A stretch of DNA of 64,000 bases from Acidocella sp. (GTDB taxonomy: Bacteria; Pseudomonadota; Alphaproteobacteria; Acetobacterales; Acetobacteraceae), in contig CBDAQL010000004.1 of the NCBI GenBank assembly GCA_965199045.1, positions 627 to 64,626 of the forward strand. The letters are read 5' to 3'. Of this stretch, positions 47,331 to 56,251 are shown piece after piece. The position numbers were made by a program, and so were the translations under genes. The notes under the pieces were generated by a model, which was given only the letters and a program-made list of their open reading frames with translations, made no database searches and had not been told where the DNA came from. How positions within the stretch are numbered: position 1 is the first letter of the stretch; the number at the start of each line of letters is the position of its first letter.

Positions 47331-50300
47331 CCACCATCCAGGCTGATAGGAGTTGCTGCCGTTCCGCCTCGGTCAGCATGGGCAATTCATTTAGTTTTTG
47401 GTCCGGGTCGGCGGCGGCAGCTTGCAAAAGCACCGTCAGATGGCCCAGCAGACGTTCGATCCGGTTGGCGTCGAACAGATCCGTGCTGTATTCGACTTCG
47501 GCCGTGATTTTGCTTCCCGCATCGATGAGGTTGATCGTCAAATCGAATTTCGAGGTTTTGGAATGCGCCAGCAATGGCTCCGTTATAAGCCCGGGGAAGC
47601 CAATGAATTGCGGGTGGTCGTCGCGATCCCGCCAGTTCAGCATAACCTGAAAGACCGGCGCGTAACTAAGATCCCGTTGCGGCCGAAGGGCTGCGACAAC
47701 CTCACTGAACGGCGCCGCGCGATGGGAATAGACAGCCGCAACATCGTGACGCACCTGCGCGAGGAAGTCACGGAATGTGGTGCTGGCATCAGGCTGGGTG
47801 CGCAGCACATGGGTTTCGAGTAGAAAACCGATTAATGGGCGCAGTTCCGGCAACTCGCGATCGGCAATGGGGATGCCGATTAGAATATCGTCCTGCATGG
47901 TATAACGGTACATCAGCGTGCTCAGGCCCGCCGCGAATACGGCAAACATTGTTGCCTTGAGCTGCCGGCATAATTCTCGAACATCTGCCGCCAGCGCCGG
48001 TTCTAATTCAAACAGCTGCTTATGGCCGCGGAAGGAGCAGATTGCCGGGCGCGGCCTGTCCGTTGGTTGATCGAGCAATGCAGGAGAGCCGCGCAAACGG
48101 ACGCTCCAGAAAGCGAGCGCGTCATCGAAGTTCTGTTCTCGCTGCCACACCGCGTAATCGCCGTGCTGAATTGGCAAAGGCGGCAGCGCCGGAGGCTCGC
48201 CTTTTATGCCAGCTTCATAGAGCGCCCCGAGCTCACGCCAAAGAACACCGATCGAGGCGCTATCGCAAATAATATGGTGCAACATCAAAATCACAGCGTG
48301 ATCGTCAGTGCCGATTTCCACGATTGTGACCCGCAGCCCCGGCTCGACACCGAGATGGAATGGCCGGACCGGCTCCTCCGTCAACAAAGCCGCTAATTTG
48401 GCGTCGCGTTGATGTGCCGGCAGCTGCAACAGGCTGACCGTTTTTAATTTGATCGGCCAGCTTTCATGAACTTCGGCTTCCGGCCGGCCTTTCTTCAGCG
48501 CGATCGTGCTACGCAAAATTTCGTGGCGTTCGATAATGGTATTGAACGCATCCTGCAGCGCCGCGATGTTCAACTTGCCCTTGAGCCGCACCGCTTCGGC
48601 CTCGTTATATACCGGCGCTCCGGTGTTGAATTGCGCCATGAAAAAAATGCGCTCCTGAGCTATTGTGAGCGGGCAGGAGCGGCCGCGTGCGGCTACCGGA
48701 ATGCGTTTTTGAACAGCAAGCGGACTGGGTTGGGGCGAAGCCGGGTGTGCTGGTCTGTTCAGATGCTTTCCAATAACCTGAGCCAGTTGGCCAACTGTCG
48801 GGTTTTCGAAGAAATCGGTCAGTGAAAGCACTACCGATTGGCGGTCGCGCAACCGCGAAAGGAACTGGATCGCCTGCAAGGATTGCCCGCCACAGGCGAA
48901 AAAATTGGTCTCCGGATCAATATCCAACGGGCCCAGAAGTTCCTGCCAAAGCTCACCGACCAGGCTTTCAAGTTGCCGGCGGCCTGCCTGCTGCACCGCT
49001 GACGTTGCTGGTGCGTCTGTTGCTTGCGCGGCTGTTGCCTGCGCGTCTGTTGCCTGCATGCCCGGACCAACCTGCTTTGCATGCCTGCCGGCGCGCTGTT
49101 CCGCGTCTTCCACCAGATGCAGGCGCTGGATTTTTCCGGAAGGTCCCTTCGGTAGATTTGGGACCAGGTAAATACGCGTCGGCGTTTTGAAAAAGCCCAG
49201 ATTATGCTCACAATGCGCGAGCAATTCGCGTTCATCGCAGTTGGCCCCGGCCCGCAGTACTGCGTACGCCACCAAGTCCTCGCCGACATACCGGTCCGGA
49301 ATGCCGACGGCGGCTGCTTCCAACACGGCCGGATGCATTTCCAGTACTTCATCGATCTGCTTCGGCGCGATGTTCATGCCGGCCTTGATGATCAATTCTT
49401 TGACCCGTCCGATCAGGAACAGGTAGCCGTCTTTGTCTTGATAACCGAGATCGCCGGTATGCAGCCATCCCTCAGGGTCCAGCGCCGCCGCGGTGCCGAC
49501 GGGGTCATTGTAATAGCCTTGCATCATCCCATCGCCGCGAAAAAGAATGTCGCCGGTGGCGCCCGCCGGTAGCAGGCTACCGGCGCGATCGACGATTTTT
49601 ATTTCAAAGCCCCAGGGGAGCCCCGGCGATCCTATCTTGTTCTGCCCCGGAGGTGCTGGATTTGAGAAAACATTGCCGGCTTCTGAGCATCCCATCGCCT
49701 GGATCAGCGGCAGATCAAACTTTACAATGAATTCGCGATGCAGGGACGGGGATAACGGGCCGGAGGAACTCCGAATAAAACGAATGCGGCTAAATGCGGC
49801 ACTTCGGCTGTCTGCCCGTGGATCTTTCCAATCCAGCAGCTGAGAGACAATGGTGGGCACCACGGCCGACCAGGTACAACCGTAATCGCCAAGCAAATCC
49901 CAATATTCAGCGATGGCGAAGCCGTGCGGAACCACTACCGATCCACCGCTCATCAACGTCGGGATCAATGTCACGCATTCCGCATTGATATGGTACATCG
50001 GTAGCACCAGGAGAGAGCGATCGGATCGTTCGAGCTGGTGGGCCCGGATAGAGTTTCTGCCATGCGCCAGAATGGACTTATGGGTGTGTACCGCCCCTTT
50101 GGGCTGGCCGGTGCTTCCAGACGTATAAATAATCATCGCGGCATCATTCGCCTCGATGGCTGGCGCGTCTCTCTTCGAATGACCAGTGCTGCCTAAGCCG
50201 GCAGGCCTATCAACACTGGCCGGCACAACGATGATTTGCGATTTGATAAGTTTAAGGACTTCCGCGATCAGATCTTGGTATTTTTCAGAGACGAATACAA

Positions 50301-50697
50301 CGCTCGCTTGACAATGATCCAGCGTATAGGCCAGCTGTGAAAGGCCGGCGCGGACGTTCAAAGGCACTACGACAAAACCGCAATACATGGCGCCCAGAAA
50401 CAGCTGGGCGGTATGCACGCCATTATCCATCATCAGCGCGATCCGGGCCTGCGGTTCCAAGCCAAGGCTAAGAAGCGACGGATAAAGCAGATCAGCTTGT
50501 TGCTTTAGTTCGTTGAAAGTAAGTTGATGTCCGGTCTCAGGGCTCACTAAAAAAACATCGTCGGGCTGCAATGTCGACATTGCATTTAGTAATTGCGGTA
50601 CCGTATCAAGATGTTCTATGCCCGCTGCAGTCATGGGGTGTCTCTTCATTGTCCGATAACGATTTTGCTGGATAAGCGGCAACTTAACGCTGTGCAA
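47305..50697 (-). CDS. Acyl-CoA-ligase-like adenylation-PCP-condensation starter protein (start may be ATG 50634)
   Basis: YTSGSTGQPKG, LPMYHINA, GWLHTGDLG, GRVKELIIKAGMNI, PSGKIQR; PCP CGGQSL; C domain LTIAQER..HHIICDS..SKFDL. Confidence 0.92.
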   Translation of the reverse strand: MHSVKLPLIQQNRYRTMKRHPMTAAGIEHLDTVPQLLNAMSTLQPDDVFLVSPETGHQLTFNELKQQADLLYPSLLSLGLEPQARIALMMDNGVHTAQLFLGAMYCGFVVVPLNVRAGLSQLAYTLDHCQASVVFVSEKYQDLIAEVLKLIKSQIIVVPASVDRPAGLGSTGHSKRDAPAIEANDAAMIIYTSGSTGQPKGAVHTHKSILAHGRNSIRAHQLERSDRSLLVLPMYHINAECVTLIPTLMSGGSVVVPHGFAIAEYWDLLGDYGCTWSAVVPTIVSQLLDWKDPRADSRSAAFSRIRFIRSSSGPLSPSLHREFIVKFDLPLIQAMGCSEAGNVFSNPAPPGQNKIGSPGLPWGFEIKIVDRAGSLLPAGATGDILFRGDGMMQGYYNDPVGTAAALDPEGWLHTGDLGYQDKDGYLFLIGRVKELIIKAGMNIAPKQIDEVLEMHPAVLEAAAVGIPDRYVGEDLVAYAVLRAGANCDERELLAHCEHNLGFFKTPTRIYLVPNLPKGPSGKIQRLHLVEDAEQRAGRHAKQVGPGMQATDAQATAAQATDAPATSAVQQAGRRQLESLVGELWQELLGPLDIDPETNFFACGGQSLQAIQFLSRLRDRQSVVLSLTDFFENPTVGQLAQVIGKHLNRPAHPASPQPSPLAVQKRIPVAARGRSCPLTIAQERIFFMAQFNTGAPVYNEAEAVRLKGKLNIAALQDAFNTIIERHEILRSTIALKKGRPEAEVHESWPIKLKTVSLLQLPAHQRDAKLAALLTEEPVRPFHLGVEPGLRVTIVEIGTDDHAVILMLHHIICDSASIGVLWRELGALYEAGIKGEPPALPPLPIQHGDYAVWQREQNFDDALAFWSVRLRGSPALLDQPTDRPRPAICSFRGHKQLFELEPALAADVRELCRQLKATMFAVFAAGLSTLMYRYTMQDDILIGIPIADRELPELRPLIGFLLETHVLRTQPDASTTFRDFLAQVRHDVAAVYSHRAAPFSEVVAALRPQRDLSYAPVFQVMLNWRDRDDHPQFIGFPGLITEPLLAHSKTSKFDLTINLIDAGSKITAEVEYSTDLFDANRIERLLGHLTVLLQAAAADPDQKLNELPMLTEAERQQLLSAWMVDEEDEAYS
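49000..49059. repeat. Four imperfect 15-bp tandem repeats encoding the (QATDA)-type linker between A and PCP
   Basis: Units tgacgttgctggtgc / gtctgttgcttgcgc / ggctgttgcctgcgc / gtctgttgcctgcat. Confidence 0.75.
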
Positions 50698-50886
50698 TGT
50701 TCAATATGGCAGGCCATTCTGTCAACGAACCAAAATGCTTAGAAATACATCCCCAAACGATCACCCTACCCAAATGGGTGACGGCCGATGGACGGACTGC
50801 TTAACGGCCATTCAGTGACCTTGGAAAATAAATACGAAACAGCAACGGCGGCCTTACACCGGGGCGACCGTCGCGCGTATCGTAAA

Positions 50887-51576
50887 TCATGAGATCGGTA
50901 AAATAAGCCCGGAGTGTATGATATCACCGATTACGACAAAACTGCCCGCCAAGTGGAACGGATCAAAAAAAGGCGTTGATAATGAAGGTTTTGGAATGGC
51001 GCGGAACGATCCGGACGTGATGTCGATGGCAGTGACTTCAACATCCGTGAAGTCGAACCGGAATTTAAGTAAAGGATACAGGCATTTGAAAATCGTCTCC
51101 TTGACGGAAAAAATGATCGTCGTCAGCAATGGTTCGCTGATCGGTAGCCTTGATAGGTTTTGGTATTCGAGGGGCGTTGTGATCAGCGGCGCTATCTCTT
51201 TGGCGGTTGCGGATGACATTAGTGTTTCAGTGTCCAGGCCAAGGCTTCTTGCGCGTGACTCCCAGGCAACAGCTGCAAAGGCGAAGCCATTTGAATGTGT
51301 TATGGATCCGACAATACCAGACGGCCATACCGGACATCCGTCTTGCCCCGACGCAACGTTTAGCGCCGCTGCGCCTAATCGGATCAGCGCTTCCTGCGCA
51401 CAAAGTCGGCCGCTCACGTAATCCGCCTGTCGCCGCCCGACAGCATCTTTAAGCCGGGACGGCAGTGGGACTTCCGCCGGTAAAGTTTTTAATTCCCAAT
51501 ATCTTATACCGGTATGGACGACGAAGTCCGGAAACAGCTTTGGAATATCGCTTGGTGATAGGCTCAACTTGTTCAT
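50887..51576 (-). CDS. 4'-phosphopantetheinyl transferase (EntD/Sfp-type)
   Basis: RRQADYVSGRLCA, PVWPSGIVGSITHS, LGLDTE and FSVKETIFK. Start refined to ATG 51576. Confidence 0.9.
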   Translation of the reverse strand: MNKLSLSPSDIPKLFPDFVVHTGIRYWELKTLPAEVPLPSRLKDAVGRRQADYVSGRLCAQEALIRLGAAALNVASGQDGCPVWPSGIVGSITHSNGFAFAAVAWESRARSLGLDTETLMSSATAKEIAPLITTPLEYQNLSRLPISEPLLTTIIFSVKETIFKCLYPLLKFRFDFTDVEVTAIDITSGSFRAIPKPSLSTPFFDPFHLAGSFVVIGDIIHSGLILPIS

Positions 51577-51941
51577 CGTATTTCGCTTCAAACGAGCAGA
51601 TATTATTATAGCTGCAACCGCATGTTTTAAGACCCATCTCGCTGATGCGCGATAAATGAAGGAGAGGCAAGGGGTGCCGGGCGCGCGGCCCGCGCCATCA
51701 AAGCTACCAAACCTTAGGTCCGGCCTGCGCGCCCATCGCATCAATCACCGGTGCCCATTAAGTATGCTTTGCCTTGCACGCGGCCGTCTGTTTTGCGCAG
51801 ACAATCTACTTGTTTTGCGCGCTCAATCTGCCGGAGTCGCAGTAATACTTTTAGGCAGCTTGCCTGCCATTATCGAATACGTAGGCTGATTAAGCTTCTT
51901 GGTAAATCGCGAAACCTATTCAGTTCGGAATTCATACCGTA

Positions 51942-53060
51942 ATGTTTGAACAGCGCAGACATATTGCCACGCTGGATGGTCTACGCGGCTTTGCCGCCTT
52001 GATTGTCGTGTGGCTCCATATGACGACCGAGGCATTCAAAGTCAGCACGCCGTATCGTGGCTATCTGGCGGTCGATTTTTTCTTTATCCTCAGCGGTTTT
52101 GTTATCGCGGGCGCCTATGAGCAGCGCCTTCTGGTCGGCATGCCGTTTTCGGAGTTCGTGCGGCTTCGGCTGATCCGGCTTTACCCGCTAATTGTGCTGG
52201 CGATCGTCTGCGGTTTTAGCGTCAAACTCACGGCCTTCTATCTATTGCCGCATCACGGATATGTTTGCGACAATGTTTCAAGCATTATTATTGCAGGTAT
52301 TCTTGGCATTTTTCTGCTACCGTCCCATGTCGCGATCAACCCGGACTTTTTCCCGCTGGACAGCCCGCTTTGGTCGCTGATGTTCGAGCTTTGGGCGAAC
52401 CTGCTTTATGCATTCATTGCCAGCCTGGCAAATGCCCGTCAGTTGCGGGCGGCGGTCTGGGCGTTGGCAATCTGTGGTGGAATTGGGCTGATCCCCAGCG
52501 TCAGGCTTTTCGGATATTTGCATGGCGGTCATACGATCCCCGAAATGGGCGTCGGCTTTGCCCGGGTGGGCTGGGGATTTTTCGCCGGTGTGGTCTTACA
52601 TGGTCTTCTAACGCCGGCGCGCGTCGCACGGATCCCGCGGGTTCCATTTCCCATGCTTTGCATTGTATTGTTGCTCGCAATCTCACCAGGACCTGCGTTG
52701 GGCCCGTTTTACGATGTGTTCGCGGCAATCGTGATATTACCGATTATCGTAGCGCTCGGCAGCAGGGACGCGCTTGGTCCAAGATGGCGTGGCCCTGCCT
52801 TGTTCTTCGGCGCAATTTCATATCCGGTCTACGTGTTGCACTACGCCACGTTCATTCATTTCAATCATTTCAGGGGTCATTCAAAGCCATTGACCTATGC
52901 GATGTTCGTTGCGGCCATGTTGCTTGTCGTCGGTACAAGTTATCTCGCTTTGCGGTTTTACGATGAACCGATCCGCCGCTGGCTGCTGCGCGTGACGCGT
53001 CCGGTACCATATGCCGCGTCGCGCCAAAGCGCCTATCCGGAGCCCGGCGTTGCCGACTAG
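51942..53060 (+). CDS. Acyltransferase family 3 (OafA-like, membrane domain only)
   Basis: LDGLRGFAA..V..H, VDFFFILSGFVI, RLIRLYP, PLWSLMFE and ISYPVYVLH. Confidence 0.9.
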   Translation: MFEQRRHIATLDGLRGFAALIVVWLHMTTEAFKVSTPYRGYLAVDFFFILSGFVIAGAYEQRLLVGMPFSEFVRLRLIRLYPLIVLAIVCGFSVKLTAFYLLPHHGYVCDNVSSIIIAGILGIFLLPSHVAINPDFFPLDSPLWSLMFELWANLLYAFIASLANARQLRAAVWALAICGGIGLIPSVRLFGYLHGGHTIPEMGVGFARVGWGFFAGVVLHGLLTPARVARIPRVPFPMLCIVLLLAISPGPALGPFYDVFAAIVILPIIVALGSRDALGPRWRGPALFFGAISYPVYVLHYATFIHFNHFRGHSKPLTYAMFVAAMLLVVGTSYLALRFYDEPIRRWLLRVTRPVPYAASRQSAYPEPGVAD

Positions 53061-53165
53061 GCGTTTCAAGCTAGCATACGGGTCTCACTCGGGATTCGGT
53101 GATGCGGCCAAAGGCCAAAGCGGGCGGAGTATATAACGGATCCTTTAAACGCTTAGTCGCGAGAG

Positions 53166-53750
53166 TTATGCTGGTTCAGGGCTCCAGTGCATAATGACCA
53201 TGGCGGTATCGGGGCGCGGCCGCTCCTCGAGCTCGCGAGAGGCTGAGCCGATGAAAATGAAGCCCGCGATTCTGCCTTCCGGTGCAAAGGCGGCGCGCAC
53301 TGTGTTGGAATATGCCGCCCAGCCGGTGAGCCAATTCGCGACAAAACCCTCCGCATGCGCCGCAGTTATTAAATTCATGCAGGCTGCACCTGCGGAAAGC
53401 TCCTGCTCCCAGATCGGAATATGGCTGTCATGCGCAGGGACCGATAACGCGACAATAAGTAATGGTGCTTGCCGCGCGAATTGCTGGTTGGCTTCGAGCT
53501 CGAGCCGGCCGGCTTGCGGCCGCGTTTCGTGATACGCCGTGGCCAATAACGTTGCTAAAACGTCGCGTTGAGTTTCAGCGACAATCACGAACCGCCATGG
53601 CGCCAGCTTACCGTGATCCGGCGTTCGTGTTGCCGCGGCAAGAATACGTGCCAGCTGTGCCGCATCCGGTCCGGGGGCCACCAGATCCCGCGCTTTGCCC
53701 GAGCGCCGGCTGGCGAGAAGTGCGGCTGGGGATGAAAGCTGGTTGAACAT
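53166..53750 (-). CDS. Nitroreductase (YdjA-like)
   Basis: RRSGK, RTPDHGKLAPWRF, AHAEGFVANWLTG and GFIFIGS. Confidence 0.88.
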   Translation of the reverse strand: MFNQLSSPAALLASRRSGKARDLVAPGPDAAQLARILAAATRTPDHGKLAPWRFVIVAETQRDVLATLLATAYHETRPQAGRLELEANQQFARQAPLLIVALSVPAHDSHIPIWEQELSAGAACMNLITAAHAEGFVANWLTGWAAYSNTVRAAFAPEGRIAGFIFIGSASRELEERPRPDTAMVIMHWSPEPA

Positions 53751-53838
53751 GTCTGGCTCGTTTCAGTTGTCTGAATTTAGCTGCGAAGGCGATAGGCGAT
53801 TTACACTTCCTCATCGGCCAAGCTGGATCCATTCAACT

Positions 53839-54348
53839 TCAGCTCTTGAAAAAATCGGCGCTGCTGCGGGCGGCGACGCCGTTCTCAGGCACCGGCAACA
53901 TCGCGAACGAGGTTTGTCGGAAACGCATCGCACTGATACGCCAATGGCCGCCGACCTGGCGATACTCATCATCGTAAATGCCGGTAAGGCGCAGCAGGCT
54001 GGCCGGATTTTCGGCTACAGCGAACGCCATGCCGACAAAAATCTGATCCCAGACGCCGCGCGCATGAGCCGCGGAAAGCAGTTCGATCCGGGGGTTTTGA
54101 CCGGTGTGCAACCCCATGCTGCGGCCGGGATGCTGATGAATGCCACGCAAATAACGCAGGTAACCATCCGGACCATCGACCGCAGGCACGCCCTCCATTT
54201 CGATCACCGCATCATCGGTAAAGCAGTTGCGTACCGCATCCAGATCAACGGCATCGAGCCGCACCCAATAATGGGTTTTGAGCGCGCGTATTGTTTCGAT
54301 CGTCTCCAGCCGCTCGAGGCGACGAAAAATGCCGGTTTCGTCTGTCAT
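53839..54348 (-). CDS. NTF2/SnoaL-like protein (LinA/BaiE/scytalone dehydratase-like)
   Basis: RLERLETIETIRALKTHY..LD, HTGQNPRIEL and YDDEYRQVGGHWRI. Confidence 0.8.
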   Translation of the reverse strand: MTDETGIFRRLERLETIETIRALKTHYWVRLDAVDLDAVRNCFTDDAVIEMEGVPAVDGPDGYLRYLRGIHQHPGRSMGLHTGQNPRIELLSAAHARGVWDQIFVGMAFAVAENPASLLRLTGIYDDEYRQVGGHWRISAMRFRQTSFAMLPVPENGVAARSSADFFKS

Positions 54349-54496
54349 ATTCCCGATCCCCAATTATTGCGCGCCTGACAATTATTCTCTGCAGGGCTGA
54401 ATATTTTGCATATCCCAGTAGCTCTTCGACGTCTAGACTAATTATGCGGGACGCCGGAGCGGGCGCGAAAATAAGCGCTTGAACATGGAGGAAAAA

Positions 54497-55393
54497 ATGC
54501 GCGTCAAGGCGTTGGGCTACGTTATCATCGGCAGTGCTGACATTGCGGCCTGGCGGCGCTTTGCAACCAACGTACTAGGGCTGATGGTGTCCGATCGCCA
54601 GGATGGCGGCCTGTATCTGAAAATGGATGAGCGCCATAGCCGTTATTTAATTGTTCCGCATTCTTGCGAAGTGTTTCTGGGGACCGGCTGGGAAATGAAC
54701 GGCGAGGCCGAATATGAAGCCGCGGTTGCAGAACTGCTTGAAGCGGGCATCGGCGTTGATCGCGGCGGCATCGACGACTGCCGCACCCGCCGGGTGAACG
54801 GCTTCGCGGCATTCACGGACCCTTCAGGCAACCGCGGTGAACTTTTCTGGGGACCGATCACCGATTTCGCAAGGATGGTCTCGCCGATTGGGGTTTCCGG
54901 ATTTATAACGGGCGATATGGGCATGGGTCACGTCGTGCTGCCAGCGCCGAACTACGACGCCACACTCGAATTCTGGACCAACACCATGGGTTTTGGCCGC
55001 TCGGATTTCGTCAACTTCGATATGGGACCCGGCCAATCGCCGGTCCGTATCAGCTTTCTGCACTGTGATAATGCCCGCCAGCATAGCCTCGCCATTGCCG
55101 AACAGGCGAACGAAATCGGCTGCGATCATTTGTTGATTGAGGTTGCCGATGTCGACGAGGTCGGCCGCTGCCTGTATCGCTGCGAAGATGAAGGCGTTCC
55201 GCTGCGGGTGACGCTTGGACGTCATATCAACGACAATATGCTGTCCTTCTACATGCATTCGCCAGGTGGATTCTCGATTGAATACGGCGCCGGCGGCATG
55301 CGTGTCGATGACCGGGCCAGCGCCCTGGTTTACGAAGCAACGCGCGGCAGCCATTGGGGCCACCGATTTGTTCCATCTGAAAGCACAAGCTGA
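54497..55393 (+). CDS. hsaC: Extradiol ring-cleavage dioxygenase (HsaC/BphC/TesB-like)
   Basis: LGYV, GMGHVVL, DHLLIEV and LGRHINDNMLSFYM.SPGGF.IEYG with the Fe ligands His/His/Glu; GGAGG RBS before ATG 54497. Confidence 0.85.
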   Translation: MRVKALGYVIIGSADIAAWRRFATNVLGLMVSDRQDGGLYLKMDERHSRYLIVPHSCEVFLGTGWEMNGEAEYEAAVAELLEAGIGVDRGGIDDCRTRRVNGFAAFTDPSGNRGELFWGPITDFARMVSPIGVSGFITGDMGMGHVVLPAPNYDATLEFWTNTMGFGRSDFVNFDMGPGQSPVRISFLHCDNARQHSLAIAEQANEIGCDHLLIEVADVDEVGRCLYRCEDEGVPLRVTLGRHINDNMLSFYMHSPGGFSIEYGAGGMRVDDRASALVYEATRGSHWGHRFVPSESTS

Positions 55394-55402
55394 AAGCACA
55401 AG
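55377..55402. repeat. Perfect 13-bp tandem duplication (CTGAAAGCACAAG x2) at the hsaC/hsaD junction
   Basis: Copies at 55377-55389 and 55390-55402. Confidence 0.85.
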
Positions 55403-55405
55403 CGC

Positions 55406-56251
55406 ATGAGCCCGATACCGGAGGCGAATTATCTTACCCTGCGCAATGGTCTGCGCCTGCATTACCAGGAACTGCACAGCCAAGGCCGCCAGCGTGGCAC
55501 CGTGTTATGCCTGCACGGCGGTGGACCAGGGGCCAGCGCATACAGCAATTTTCGCCGCAACTTCGATGCCATCGCCGCCGCGGGCTATCATGTGCTGGCG
55601 CCCGATTTGCTCGGCTTTGGCTTGTCCGACAAGCCTGACGACATCGATTATATTTCCGATCTTCACGTCGATGCCATGGAGGAACTTCTCCAGGCCGCCG
55701 GCGCGCAGCAAGTAATCCCGCTCGGTAATTCGCTCGGCGGCAGCGTTGCCATCGAATATGCGCTGCGCCACCCGGGCCGCACCAAGGCGCTTATTCTAAT
55801 GGCGCCTGGTAGCGTGGTCGACCCGAAGACGTTCTTTGGCACCACCGCCGGCGGCGCCGCGCTCGCGGCATTCGCGCGCGAACGGCCAGTGCGTGAGGAA
55901 CGCTTCCGCGAAGTGCTCGGGCTGCTGGTCTTCGATCCGGGCACAATCGATGACAGCGTGCTGGCCGAGCGCCTGCCGATTGCGCAGCAGCAGCCGAGCC
56001 AGGTTTTCACCTCGGTTAAAATTCATCCAAGCTGGGAACGGCTCAGTGAACTTACCATGCCGGTGCTAGGCTTTTGGGGCTCGCGCGATTGTTTCCTGCC
56101 GGTCTCACAGGCGCTGGTACTTCTTGAACATGCGCCGCATGTGAAAATGGTGATCTCCAACGAGTGCGGACATTGGTACATGATCGAACAAGCCGACGAC
56201 TTTAATCGCGAGGTCGCCGGTTTTCTCGAAACCCTACCGGAACGGCCATGA
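55406..56251 (+). CDS. hsaD: Meta-cleavage product hydrolase (HsaD/BphD-like)
   Basis: LHGGGPGASAYSNF, nucleophile GNSLGG and CGHW. Confidence 0.85.
   Translation: MSPIPEANYLTLRNGLRLHYQELHSQGRQRGTVLCLHGGGPGASAYSNFRRNFDAIAAAGYHVLAPDLLGFGLSDKPDDIDYISDLHVDAMEELLQAAGAQQVIPLGNSLGGSVAIEYALRHPGRTKALILMAPGSVVDPKTFFGTTAGGAALAAFARERPVREERFREVLGLLVFDPGTIDDSVLAERLPIAQQQPSQVFTSVKIHPSWERLSELTMPVLGFWGSRDCFLPVSQALVLLEHAPHVKMVISNECGHWYMIEQADDFNREVAGFLETLPERP

Noticed and set aside
47300-47345. Programmed ribosomal frameshift joining the two NRPS genes
   Set aside because: No slippery heptamer or stimulatory structure is seen; an SD-like motif and in-frame ATGs favour reinitiation.
44502-50697. NRPS as a siderophore or antibiotic cluster
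   Set aside because: No TonB receptor, aryl-acid or hydroxamate genes, exporter or resistance gene; only a single extension module. Not excluded, but unsupported.
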